DNA of 64,000 nucleotides. Source: a virus. Within the stretch, counting starts at the first letter, position 1, and every line of letters begins with the position of its first letter. The stretch lies in IMG/VR virus record IMGVR_UViG_3300006162_000011, one strand, 5' to 3'. A model generated the notes under the pieces. It searched no databases. It worked only from the letters and a program-made list of their open reading frames with translations, and was not told the origin of the DNA. Made by a program: the position numbers and the translations under genes. Positions 36,424 to 45,355 of the stretch are shown here, piece after piece.

Positions 36424-36681
36424 ATGGCGTCTACAAACCAACCGCTCACGATGGCCGACATCAATCGGATCACGATGCTGAAATTCTGTAACGATCCCGA
36501 CACTCTGGCTTCTGTCATGCTGGCGTCGGCAGCGGCAGACACGGAAAACGATACCGACGGTGACTGCTGCAAAGAGTTGCTTGAGTTTTGCGTCGCCGAG
36601 GGTATTGATCCGATGCCCGCTATCCGAAAAGCCCTAGAGCCGTCCCCGATCGAGAAAGCATTCCGAAGGAGAACCCGCTAA
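36424..36681 (+). CDS. hypothetical protein
   Basis: ATG 36424 has no Shine-Dalgarno and a -10-like hexamer just upstream. 85 aa. Confidence 0.45.
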   Translation: MASTNQPLTMADINRITMLKFCNDPDTLASVMLASAAADTENDTDGDCCKELLEFCVAEGIDPMPAIRKALEPSPIEKAFRRRTR

Positions 36682-37211
36682 TGCAGATCAATGACAACTC
36701 CATGGACATCAAACGCTACAAAGGGCCGATTTCACCCTGTCCTCTCTGTTCCCGTCAATCTCCCGACGCCGCGCTGGACGCTCTGACTTCCGGTCGAGCC
36801 TGCCGTCTGTGCTTCGGCAAGCAGTTCATTTCTCACTGTCTAAACTGCCAAGGCACCGGGCAATACTCGGGCCGCACGGTCTGGGACGGTGGGCGGTCAG
36901 AACACAAGTCCACGTGCACGCCGTGCGGCGGTGCTGGTGTGTACCCAGCGCAGAAGCCCAAAGACTGGGACGATGCCAAATGGGCTGAGCAGATGGCTGA
37001 ACGTGACGCCGTGCTATGTCAGTGCACGCATCCGTTTGGGAAACACTCGAATCCGCAGCGCGATCCAAGCGACTCCACGTTGACAGATTGGGTCGCGGGC
37101 CGGTGCACAGCCAAAATCGGCAAGGACATCCCGTGTCCATGTCAGGAGCATGTTGCGGCTTTACCAGATACAAGCACAATCCAGACCGCGACACTAAGCG
37201 AGGCACAATAG
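36681..37211 (+). CDS. Cys-rich protein with DnaJ-type CxxCxGxG zinc fingers
   Basis: 'CLNCQGTGQ' and 'CTPCGGAGV', plus additional CxxC pairs. The start overlaps the previous stop (TAATG). Confidence 0.6.
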   Translation: MQINDNSMDIKRYKGPISPCPLCSRQSPDAALDALTSGRACRLCFGKQFISHCLNCQGTGQYSGRTVWDGGRSEHKSTCTPCGGAGVYPAQKPKDWDDAKWAEQMAERDAVLCQCTHPFGKHSNPQRDPSDSTLTDWVAGRCTAKIGKDIPCPCQEHVAALPDTSTIQTATLSEAQ

Positions 37212-37214
37212 ATT

Positions 37215-37448
37215 ATGCCGGACACCACCCCCAGACTGGGTCTTACATTGCCCTTGGAGGGCAGCGTCAACTGGTCGGGGGCGGTCAATGGCAATTTTCA
37301 GATACTCGACGCGTCCGCCGGTGTTCCTTCGGTATTCAACCGCACTGGCGCCATCTCGGCTCAAACCGGCGACTATTCCTTTTCCCAAATATCCGGGACA
37401 TTGACGTTGTCACAACTTCCATCTCCAATTGACATGGGGACATTCTAA
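37215..37448 (+). CDS. small tail-fibre-type protein
   Basis: 'TPRLGLTLPLEGSVNWSGAVNGNFQILD' fibre N-terminal pattern. Ends '...ISGTLTLSQLPSPIDMGTF'. Confidence 0.55.
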   Translation: MPDTTPRLGLTLPLEGSVNWSGAVNGNFQILDASAGVPSVFNRTGAISAQTGDYSFSQISGTLTLSQLPSPIDMGTF

Positions 37449-37449
37449 T

Positions 37450-38109
37450 ATGGCTATCAACGTTAAATTTGCAGTCTATCGCGGAACTCTGGCGAACCTT
37501 TCAGCCTTGGCCTCGACCGGTCAAGCCGGGGTCATTGCATGGACTACGGACACACACGAATTCTACGTAGACTCCGGTTCTGGAACGGGAATCGGAGCTG
37601 GCAACGCATGGCAGCGTGTAGCAAACGATGTAGTCGATGTCAACGCGCAGGTGGGAACCACCTACACGGTCTTAAACACGGATCGCGGAAAGCTGGTTAC
37701 ATTTAATAATGCCGCTGCGGTTGCGGTTACACTGCCACAAGCGACCACAATCGGCGGAAATTTTCCATCCGGTTGGTATGTCGAATTTGAGAACCGCGGT
37801 GCCGGTACGGTCACCATTACCCCCACGACATCGCTGATCAACGGAGGCGCGAGTCTGACTCTCGCCACGAACAACAGTGTCAAAGTCATCTCCGACGGTA
37901 CGAACTACTTTGCGCTGCTTGGTAAAACCGCAATCAACGCCACCGGCGCGGTATCACACCAGTTCGCCACGTCGAACAACGCGGACGGGAGTTTGAACTT
38001 GGCGCAACCGGCTTTCGCCGATATCTCCGGCAGTTTAGCCCAGACGCAACTCCCTGCCACAATTGGGGCAGGATCGGCACTGACGGTATTCGATTGCGGG
38101 ACATTCTAA
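37450..38109 (+). CDS. tail fibre protein with Mtd_N/HylP-like N-terminal motif
   Basis: 'INVKFAVYRGTLANLSAL...GVIAWTTDTHEFYVDSG'. Ends '...ISGSLAQTQLP...CGTF'. Confidence 0.65.
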   Translation: MAINVKFAVYRGTLANLSALASTGQAGVIAWTTDTHEFYVDSGSGTGIGAGNAWQRVANDVVDVNAQVGTTYTVLNTDRGKLVTFNNAAAVAVTLPQATTIGGNFPSGWYVEFENRGAGTVTITPTTSLINGGASLTLATNNSVKVISDGTNYFALLGKTAINATGAVSHQFATSNNADGSLNLAQPAFADISGSLAQTQLPATIGAGSALTVFDCGTF

Positions 38110-38110
38110 A

Positions 38111-38434
38111 ATGGCTCGCAACGTAACACTTCAGCCTTTGCGTGGTATACAAGCGAATTTATGGTCGGCGATGCCGCTTGCGCTCGGTGAAATGTACTTT
38201 GCGATCGACACAGGGAACCTGTTTTTCGGTACACCGGATGTGGGACTGGGATATATTCAATTGGGGGACACGAGAGCCGTGAATGAGACACTCCTGCAAA
38301 TCCTAAGCGAATTACGCTCTATGCGGTTGGCATTGACGAAACTGGCGTGCGAAGGTGGTCAAGCCAGCCCCGCCGATTTCGATCCGCGGTACATACAGAC
38401 AGACGCAGAAGTAGCCGACGCACAACAGGTTTAA
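38111..38434 (+). CDS. small tail fibre-type protein with the same N-terminal motif
   Basis: 'RNVTLQPLRGIQANLWSAMPLALGEMYFAIDTGNLFFG'. Confidence 0.6.
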   Translation: MARNVTLQPLRGIQANLWSAMPLALGEMYFAIDTGNLFFGTPDVGLGYIQLGDTRAVNETLLQILSELRSMRLALTKLACEGGQASPADFDPRYIQTDAEVADAQQV

Positions 38435-38443
38435 GGAGTCACT

Positions 38444-39094
38444 ATGCTTCTTCAAGGCAACCAAGGGCAGACCGGCAAACAGGTAGGGCAGAACCTGACG
38501 GCTGGATTCGGCGAGTATTCCGATGTACTCGTCACTGAATTACAGCCCCGGTATTACGAGAATATCTACCGCGGCAACGCCTATTTCCTAAGCGCGGCCT
38601 CGGCCAACCCAACCGCTTACTCGGGGGCGGCGGCGGGCACGCCGTTGCTGGCCTTGTACAACCCGTTAAACAGCGGGAAGAACCTGTGGGTGATCGCCAC
38701 CTACCTAGCGCAGCAGACAACGGGAACGGCGGCTGCGGCAGAAGACTTCTCATGGTACGGTGGCCAAGTTGCGGTCTTGGGAACCGGCACAGTGACCACA
38801 CCGTACAACCTACTCACGTTACAGCAATCAGGCAGCGCCGTTAAGGGGTTTGTTAACACGGCTCTGACGAGCCAGACGTTTATCGGTGCCGCCGCCGCGC
38901 TTATTAACCCGATACTGAGTATCGGAGCGATTCCGACAACGACGGCCACCCTACAGACATGGACTCCGGCCATGATCGAGGAGGCCGGCCTGATCTGCTG
39001 TGTTCCGGGAAACCTGATTGCCATCGGAGCGGCGGCGTCTCTCACTGCTGCCAAGATCGACGCAAGCGTAAAATGGATCGAGTTATCTGTGTAG
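38444..39094 (+). CDS. hypothetical structural protein (possible distal fibre/receptor-binding component)
   Basis: Strong AAGGAG Shine-Dalgarno. 216 aa with beta-rich composition. Within the fibre gene run. Confidence 0.6.
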   Translation: MLLQGNQGQTGKQVGQNLTAGFGEYSDVLVTELQPRYYENIYRGNAYFLSAASANPTAYSGAAAGTPLLALYNPLNSGKNLWVIATYLAQQTTGTAAAAEDFSWYGGQVAVLGTGTVTTPYNLLTLQQSGSAVKGFVNTALTSQTFIGAAAALINPILSIGAIPTTTATLQTWTPAMIEEAGLICCVPGNLIAIGAAASLTAAKIDASVKWIELSV

Positions 39095-39100
39095 AGACAC

Positions 39101-39406
39101 ATGACTGGATACGGATATGGGCTATCCCCGTATGGAACCGCCTACTATGGCGACCCTGCGTCTTATAGCCTGTCGAAAAAATTTCTGTTCATACAGCCAT
39201 CCCTTGCCGCGTCGATTGTGGGCACACCCGGTATACGTGTGACGGTGTTTTCTGTTCAATCGGGACTGGTTGCGTCGGACATAGGAGCGTCGGACTCGCT
39301 AACGGGGGCGGTGGTGGACTCAGGCATTCCATCGGCACTGACCCTGATATCGTGTCAATGGCAGGATTTGGATCAGGACGACTCGGATGATCAGGATACA
39401 GACTAG
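39101..39406 (+). CDS. hypothetical protein with acidic tail
   Basis: 101-aa ORF. C-terminus 'DLDQDDSDDQDTD'. Confidence 0.5.
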   Translation: MTGYGYGLSPYGTAYYGDPASYSLSKKFLFIQPSLAASIVGTPGIRVTVFSVQSGLVASDIGASDSLTGAVVDSGIPSALTLISCQWQDLDQDDSDDQDTD

Positions 39407-39415
39407 GCTCCTACA

Positions 39416-39760
39416 ATGCAGAACATCACGTTCTATCAAAAAAACAGTGGATTCATTCAAATCGTCGGCCTCGTCGATAACAGCTTAAACCCTCCACAGT
39501 ATGTGAACAACGCCCTGAATGCCAGAGCCACCCTTGTCGATATCGGTGGCACTCCGGTTTCCGGCTTCATCGGGGTGGCCGGTGTCTATGTCAACGGGTC
39601 AAAAGGCACCTACAACTTTCCGGTCTCGAATACATTTGCACCCCCTGCGGGGGCGGGTTATGTTCTAATTGTGGATGTGGTGGCCCCTTCGACGGCAGCG
39701 GCCCACTGGGAGATACCGGCAGTCGTAGCCGTGAGAGGTACATCGGCGGGATCGAGCTAG
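39416..39760 (+). CDS. hypothetical protein
   Basis: 114-aa beta-rich ORF in the structural operon. Confidence 0.55.
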   Translation: MQNITFYQKNSGFIQIVGLVDNSLNPPQYVNNALNARATLVDIGGTPVSGFIGVAGVYVNGSKGTYNFPVSNTFAPPAGAGYVLIVDVVAPSTAAAHWEIPAVVAVRGTSAGSS

Positions 39761-39785
39761 ACGAACTAGGAGGATAGGAGGATCG

Positions 39786-40922
39786 GTGGCCTTACCGGGT
39801 TCCGGATTTCGCAATTGTTTATCGGTAATGCTTGAAATGTCGTTCCACCTGATGGAACCTTACATGGCCAGCACCCTCGTGTCTCCGGTTGTGGCAAGCG
39901 GCTCATCCACAGTCATTGTCGGATCTCTCGGATACCCGATAAATGCGTTATACAGTGGTGCCCAGATCGTAATCGGCTCCGGGGTCAATCAGGAAATCGT
40001 GCAGGTATCGGATGTCGATGTGCCGTCGAATTCGTTTACGGCGACATTCGCGTATACGCATCCGGTCGGCACCATCGTGCAAGGCGCTACGTTCCCGACA
40101 CAGGCCGCGTCCGGTGATTATTTCTTCAGCCAGCGGGAGATTGCAGGGTATCTGGCGAGAGCGCAGCACGAGTTCATGGCCGAAGTGCCTTGCGTGTATG
40201 GGCTCAACACGCAGACTGTCCAGATCGGTCAGGTATACCAACCCCTAATTTGTAGCGCCATTCAAATGGAGCGTGTCGCGTCCTCAAGTCAATACGTCGC
40301 GCTGACGAGTCTAACGCGAGCCGCGAACGTGGTCACCTCCGTCACGCAATCCCCGCACGGTCTCGTTCCCGGACAGAAGTTCTCGGTATACAATCCGAAC
40401 GACCCATCGTTTACGGGAGCGTTCAAGGTGTTGGCGGTTGTCAATGCCACATCGTTTACGTATAAACAGGTCGCGGCCAACTTGACCACGAGCGGCGGCG
40501 CGATTGTGTTATGGTTGCGGCTGCTCGAAACCTCAAGCGAGGAATTATCAATTCAGAATCCGTTCTGGCGAGATCAAAACATCACCCGATTACGGGCTTG
40601 GGGCGAGGACCGATCAGGAAACTATAGATGGCTTGTAGACGGAAAACCTGCCAGCAGCTTCCCGTGTGGAATATTAGTATCGCAGCGCGATACCGACAGT
40701 TTAGAGCTGACGGATTATTTCCTAGTTCCAGACCCGATCCTGCACGCAGTTAAATACAAGGCATTAGCATACTGTTGGGGCAAAAATGGGGAAGCGAGAG
40801 ACCCACTCAGGCAGAAATATTGCGATATGAGGTTTAATCGCCTTGTTCTCGCTACTCGACGGTGGATGGACGGAACAGGAATGAATACGGGATCACCTGA
40901 AAGCCGGATGACCGGTCAATGA
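39786..40922 (+). CDS. hypothetical structural protein
   Basis: GTG 39786 lies 5 nt after GGAGG. Contains a ~54-aa module (40308-40469) shared with the 45356 protein. The 3' end overlaps the convergent HNH-AP2 gene by 7 nt. Confidence 0.65.
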   Translation: MALPGSGFRNCLSVMLEMSFHLMEPYMASTLVSPVVASGSSTVIVGSLGYPINALYSGAQIVIGSGVNQEIVQVSDVDVPSNSFTATFAYTHPVGTIVQGATFPTQAASGDYFFSQREIAGYLARAQHEFMAEVPCVYGLNTQTVQIGQVYQPLICSAIQMERVASSSQYVALTSLTRAANVVTSVTQSPHGLVPGQKFSVYNPNDPSFTGAFKVLAVVNATSFTYKQVAANLTTSGGAIVLWLRLLETSSEELSIQNPFWRDQNITRLRAWGEDRSGNYRWLVDGKPASSFPCGILVSQRDTDSLELTDYFLVPDPILHAVKYKALAYCWGKNGEARDPLRQKYCDMRFNRLVLATRRWMDGTGMNTGSPESRMTGQ

Positions 40923-41611
40923 TAGTTAAAGTTCAATACCGCAAACTCCCCTTGATACTCGATTGCCGCTTCATCTCTCGCTTCCGCCGCTGCGTGTGCT
41001 GTATGAAAGTTACCGGCCAGTATTCTTCTACCATTGACGGTCACACGTGCTTGCCATCTTCTAGTTCTGCTGTTCCAGTTGACGCCGATATACCCGGATG
41101 TATTCACTTTTCTCACACCCACATTGGTGCGGTTTTGGCCCGGAGTAGCTTCTCTGAGATTAGAGCGCCGATTATCGATACCGCATCCGTTAATATGGTC
41201 GGGGCAGTATCCACGTCTTATAGGACGCCCGAGTTTTCTTTCGAGTACTACTTGATGCATCTGTACCAAACGCTGCTTTTTAACCCCAACATATTCATTC
41301 CTGAGTGCGTAATATTTATTCTCGTTTTTGAACGCAAACCAGTTCCAATTCATTATAAATTCGTAATCGGCATCCTCTACAATCGTGTACAACTCTCGGG
41401 TGAGCACCACGAGATGACACTCAATTCCGTTGATGAGGAACGATCCCTGGATGGCAGGCTTCTTTTCGCTTTTATAGCAGTTCAGGCACTGTTTAGATTT
41501 CTTGGTCATCAGCACACCACATTTCGGACACGGAATATAAGTGCTAGGCCATTTCTTCTTTTCTTCGGTAGAATACTTCCGTGGCTGGGCAGCCAGCTTT
41601 CTCTGGTGCAT
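40916..41611 (-). CDS. HNH-AP2 homing endonuclease (paralogue of 35666-36364)
   Basis: Zn ribbon 'CPKCGV...CLNCY'. HNH 'MHQVVLER...CPDHINGCGIDNRRSNLREATPGQN'. AP2 'SGYIGVNWNSRTRRWQARVTVNGRRILAGNFHTAHAAAEARDEAAIEYQGEFAVLNF'. Clearly more AT-rich than the flanks. Confidence 0.85.
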   Translation of the reverse strand: MHQRKLAAQPRKYSTEEKKKWPSTYIPCPKCGVLMTKKSKQCLNCYKSEKKPAIQGSFLINGIECHLVVLTRELYTIVEDADYEFIMNWNWFAFKNENKYYALRNEYVGVKKQRLVQMHQVVLERKLGRPIRRGYCPDHINGCGIDNRRSNLREATPGQNRTNVGVRKVNTSGYIGVNWNSRTRRWQARVTVNGRRILAGNFHTAHAAAEARDEAAIEYQGEFAVLNFNYH

Positions 41612-41663
41612 TTCTCACCTCCACGTGAGACGTGCGGCTTAGCCACACTGGAATCATTTTAGC

Positions 41664-44600
41664 ATGGCAGATACGAAATATTCCTCGATAAGCTGGGCGT
41701 TTGACAGTCGCGGCATCATGGCTCGCCCAGCCACCGACCATCCTCCGAACGAGCATTTCTACCAGTCGATGACGGGTGTCTTAGAGCGGGGGGAATCCGC
41801 TCTGAGCACGAGATATGGTAGCACGATTATCAGCCGAGACCCCGACGGTACAGTCAACGGCCAGAATTACCCACTCCCCTCGCAACCCGTCACTCTCGGC
41901 CGCATGAAGTCCATCGGCGGTGCCAGCTATCGGTACGCCGGGCTCATTGACGGTTCTCTCTGGCGTCGTGCTGGCACCACGCAAGGGCCGTACGCGGAAA
42001 TCGCTACCGGGTTGTCAGGCCAACCGTTCACGACCTTGGTGACCAACACACAAGGGTCGTCGCAGCCGTTCTTGTTCTGTTTTGACAAATCCAAACTCAT
42101 CAAGGACAACGGCACGGGATCGCCTACTCGTATCGGCATTTTCGCGCCCACGCAACCCGTAATCGCCACCCAGTACGCGCCGCAAATCCAGATCATCGAC
42201 GGATTCGGTACCGTATCGGGTTACACGGCGTCAGCCATGACACCGATCAGCGCCTCGACGGCGTTCACCGTTGCGGGTACTGGGGGCACGTCAATCCTAT
42301 CCGGCGACCACGAGCAATACACGGACGCGACGGGATCGTATACAGGCCCGCCGGACGGCATGATCGCCAAGTCCGTAAACCTATCCGACGGTATATACCG
42401 GTTAAAGTTTGCCACGTTTCCTGTAAACAACACCTATAACATCGTGTCGCTGAACAGCGCGTACGACGCGACGGACTCGTTCACGTTTACTGCCGCCGAA
42501 TGGTCGATTGGGGCGGCGACAACCGGCTACATCGGGAAAACAGTCGCGCTGAACCTCGTCAATTATCAAGGTGACGACTTGATTGTGGTCGCGTTACAGG
42601 TGTCGAATCCACAAAACATTCAGGAGATCCGTGTCGAGTTCGACGTAAACGGGTCTGGGTATGGCGCGAGCTACTATTACAAGTCGATTATCCCAGTCAG
42701 CTATCAGGGAAATTTGAGCGCACCGCAGACGAACGATCCCACGTCAGCCATGGTGCAGGCCGTGTTCGATACCGCGATTGGGGTCACGGACTGGAGTCAA
42801 CAAATCGGGCAACCGATTACCGAATACCCTACGGTGCCGACGGGATTGCAAGGCACGCAGCCGTCGCAACTCGGTTCCGGTCAGGGATCGTGGTCAGTCA
42901 TCTATTTACCGAAAGGTCAATTCCAGTCCGCGGGTAACGCCGGGCAGTCCGGTGCCGACTGGTCGAAGATCACGGGGTGGCGAGTTCAGGTCACGACGAA
43001 CTCGAATGGGTCCAGCAACGTCAGTTTCAACGGGCTGTATATTCAGGGAAGCCCGACGGCAACTGGTGTCGGCACCAACGCTGGTGCCAGCAGCTATGGC
43101 GGTGTGGGGTACGATTTCAGGACGACATACTGGGACGCGAATACCTTAACCGAGTCGAACGGCTCTCCCGAAAACCACTTCTCGGTGACACCATCGAACC
43201 CCGGCGGCGAATCCACGATAATCGTGCTGCGGCAGGCCATTGACCTAGCTCTCCAGTACACGCCAGACCCTCAAGCTACCCACGTCCGGATATACGCGCG
43301 CGGCGGCGTGTTCGGCAACAACTGGTATTACGCGGATCAGGTTCCGAACATCACGGGAACGGGGACGTTCCATTACCGCTACATACTGCCGGACTCGGCT
43401 CTTGAGCAGGGCAACATTCTGTCACTCACGAACGACGTGCCAGTGACGGCCCCGCTGCCGAACCCGATTGCAACCACGATTACGGGAGCGTTAGCGCCGC
43501 TGCCGGTCAATACCAACACGCCGACACTGTTAACGATTGCCGTCGCGCAGGCATCGGCGACGTTCATCCCGAACCAGATTGTGGTATTGGGTAATCCCCA
43601 GAACCAAGAGCAAGTCTACGTAGTCGCCGGCGGCACAGGGTCGTTCACGGCTTACGTTCAACTCCCACACACTATCGGTGAGCCTGTCAACGTGTTCGCG
43701 GCGCCAGGTCAAACCGTGTTCTTGGCGGCGATTGCTTATGGTCAAGTCTGGATGGCGGGGGACGACAACAATCCAAACTCCCTGTACTACACACCAAAAG
43801 ATCAGCCTCAGTACTGCCCGCCGCAGAATCGGTTACCGATCGGAAGCCCCACGGACCCGATTACGGCCGTCATCAATCACCGCGGCATATTGTTTGTCAG
43901 AACACGATCAACCTACTATCAGATCGCTCCGGGCAGTCCGCCGACGTACCAGACGACGGGCAGCAAACACGGATCGCCAGCCAATTTCGACTGGTGTTTA
44001 TCGGAACGGGAAGTGTGGTATGCCGGTTGGGATGGCCTACGCACGTTTGTCGGTGCCGATGGTGAATACAAATCCCTGATCATCGAGTGGTTGTTTCGAA
44101 ACAATCATCAGGCCGTCGTGCCCTTGGTGGACTTGACTCAACTGAACTCAGTCGTCGGGGCGTTCAAGAATAACACAGTCACGTTCTCATACGTCGGGCA
44201 GGACGGCAACCGGCACCGGCTGATGTATAGCGCGACGTACAAACGCTGGCGGAACGACGACGTGCAAGCGTCGGCCATGCTTGTCGAGGAAGACACCAAT
44301 CAGTTCGTATACGCGGTGCCGTATCCGGGACAACCGGGCGGGTACGCGATTGTCTACGAAGACATTACCAAGGACTACGACGACGGCGGCTGGGTGAATG
44401 GCGCTCTGGTGCAGACGCCGATTGCCATGAACCTGCAAATGCCTTACATGGATTTAGGCGTTCTTAATAACCAGAAACAGTGGAACGCCCTCACGATCGA
44501 CGCCAACCCGAACGGTCAAACCATCGGCGTGAACCTGCTATTCGACGATAACAACGGTTCGGTAGCGCCCATCAATCTAGGCACGTTCACGGGCGCGATT

Positions 44601-45101
44601 CGCGCCAAGTACCAGTTCATTATCAATGGCGGCGGGGGTCAGCAAGCGTACCGGATCAGCCCCGTCATCGGCGCATCCGTGACATCGGCTCCCATTATCT
44701 ATCAGGCCGACATATCGGCGGCGGTGTTGGCGGATCAACGCAACAGCTATGATTCCTACTGGCAGACATTGGGCTCCAACGAGTCCAAGCTCATTAAACA
44801 AGCCTATATCGACTACACCACGACGGACGGGAACTCGATCGCCGTGCAACTGTTCGCCGATGGTGGAACGGCGCCGTACTACACGTTTACGCTAGCGCCA
44901 AACACAGCCCGCGCTGAAGTCCCCGTGCGCGTACGCTTCCCCGCGTTGAAGTTACGGCTGTTCCGCATCGTCATGACTAGCTCGGTGGCGCTGGGGCAGT
45001 TCCAGATATGGTCGCCGATTTCGCTCGACAGAAAATTTGTCATCGCAAGCGGTTCAAAAGGCTATCAGAGAGTCCCACTGTCGGAAGGGTTGACGCCTTG
45101 A
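41664..45101 (+). CDS. large tail structural protein (1145 aa; nozzle/tail-tubular-B-like by size and position)
   Basis: Long ORF after the fibre/adaptor genes and before the ejection-protein genes. No motif-level identification. Confidence 0.8.
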   Translation: MADTKYSSISWAFDSRGIMARPATDHPPNEHFYQSMTGVLERGESALSTRYGSTIISRDPDGTVNGQNYPLPSQPVTLGRMKSIGGASYRYAGLIDGSLWRRAGTTQGPYAEIATGLSGQPFTTLVTNTQGSSQPFLFCFDKSKLIKDNGTGSPTRIGIFAPTQPVIATQYAPQIQIIDGFGTVSGYTASAMTPISASTAFTVAGTGGTSILSGDHEQYTDATGSYTGPPDGMIAKSVNLSDGIYRLKFATFPVNNTYNIVSLNSAYDATDSFTFTAAEWSIGAATTGYIGKTVALNLVNYQGDDLIVVALQVSNPQNIQEIRVEFDVNGSGYGASYYYKSIIPVSYQGNLSAPQTNDPTSAMVQAVFDTAIGVTDWSQQIGQPITEYPTVPTGLQGTQPSQLGSGQGSWSVIYLPKGQFQSAGNAGQSGADWSKITGWRVQVTTNSNGSSNVSFNGLYIQGSPTATGVGTNAGASSYGGVGYDFRTTYWDANTLTESNGSPENHFSVTPSNPGGESTIIVLRQAIDLALQYTPDPQATHVRIYARGGVFGNNWYYADQVPNITGTGTFHYRYILPDSALEQGNILSLTNDVPVTAPLPNPIATTITGALAPLPVNTNTPTLLTIAVAQASATFIPNQIVVLGNPQNQEQVYVVAGGTGSFTAYVQLPHTIGEPVNVFAAPGQTVFLAAIAYGQVWMAGDDNNPNSLYYTPKDQPQYCPPQNRLPIGSPTDPITAVINHRGILFVRTRSTYYQIAPGSPPTYQTTGSKHGSPANFDWCLSEREVWYAGWDGLRTFVGADGEYKSLIIEWLFRNNHQAVVPLVDLTQLNSVVGAFKNNTVTFSYVGQDGNRHRLMYSATYKRWRNDDVQASAMLVEEDTNQFVYAVPYPGQPGGYAIVYEDITKDYDDGGWVNGALVQTPIAMNLQMPYMDLGVLNNQKQWNALTIDANPNGQTIGVNLLFDDNNGSVAPINLGTFTGAIRAKYQFIINGGGGQQAYRISPVIGASVTSAPIIYQADISAAVLADQRNSYDSYWQTLGSNESKLIKQAYIDYTTTDGNSIAVQLFADGGTAPYYTFTLAPNTARAEVPVRVRFPALKLRLFRIVMTSSVALGQFQIWSPISLDRKFVIASGSKGYQRVPLSEGLTP

Positions 45102-45352
45102 GCGCGAGCGCGGCACAGTCGCAGATTACGCCGGCCCGCCCGACACGACTGCATCAACACCAGTACCAGTGCATCGGCATCTCGGGTGACAACTCGCGCA
45201 AATGCCGCCGTCCCGGCGTGTGGTTAATCGGCGGTGTCGGTATCATGTGCAACAATTGCTACGACCGGTATTTGAGCGCGAACTGGCGGGTGACGAGACT
45301 GGAAGACATCGTCAGGTTGAGCGAGGACGAACGCGATTTCTGGAACGGTTAA
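45098..45352 (+). CDS. hypothetical Cys-containing small protein (start uncertain)
   Basis: TTG 45098 overlaps the preceding TGA (TTGA). 'YQCIGISGDNSRKCRRPGVWLIGGVGIMCNNCYDRY'. Confidence 0.4.
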   Translation: MSASAAQSQITPARPTRLHQHQYQCIGISGDNSRKCRRPGVWLIGGVGIMCNNCYDRYLSANWRVTRLEDIVRLSEDERDFWNG

Positions 45353-45355
45353 TCT

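Noticed and set aside
37215-38434. Possible diversity-generating retroelement, because the fibre N-termini resemble the Mtd N-terminal motif.
   Set aside because: No reverse transcriptase ORF and no template/variable repeat pair with adenine-specific mismatches was seen anywhere in the window.
40919-41662. 247-aa + strand ORF covering the HNH-AP2 gene region.
   Set aside because: The minus-strand frame carries clear Zn-ribbon, HNH and AP2 motifs. The + frame product is low-complexity and has no Shine-Dalgarno.
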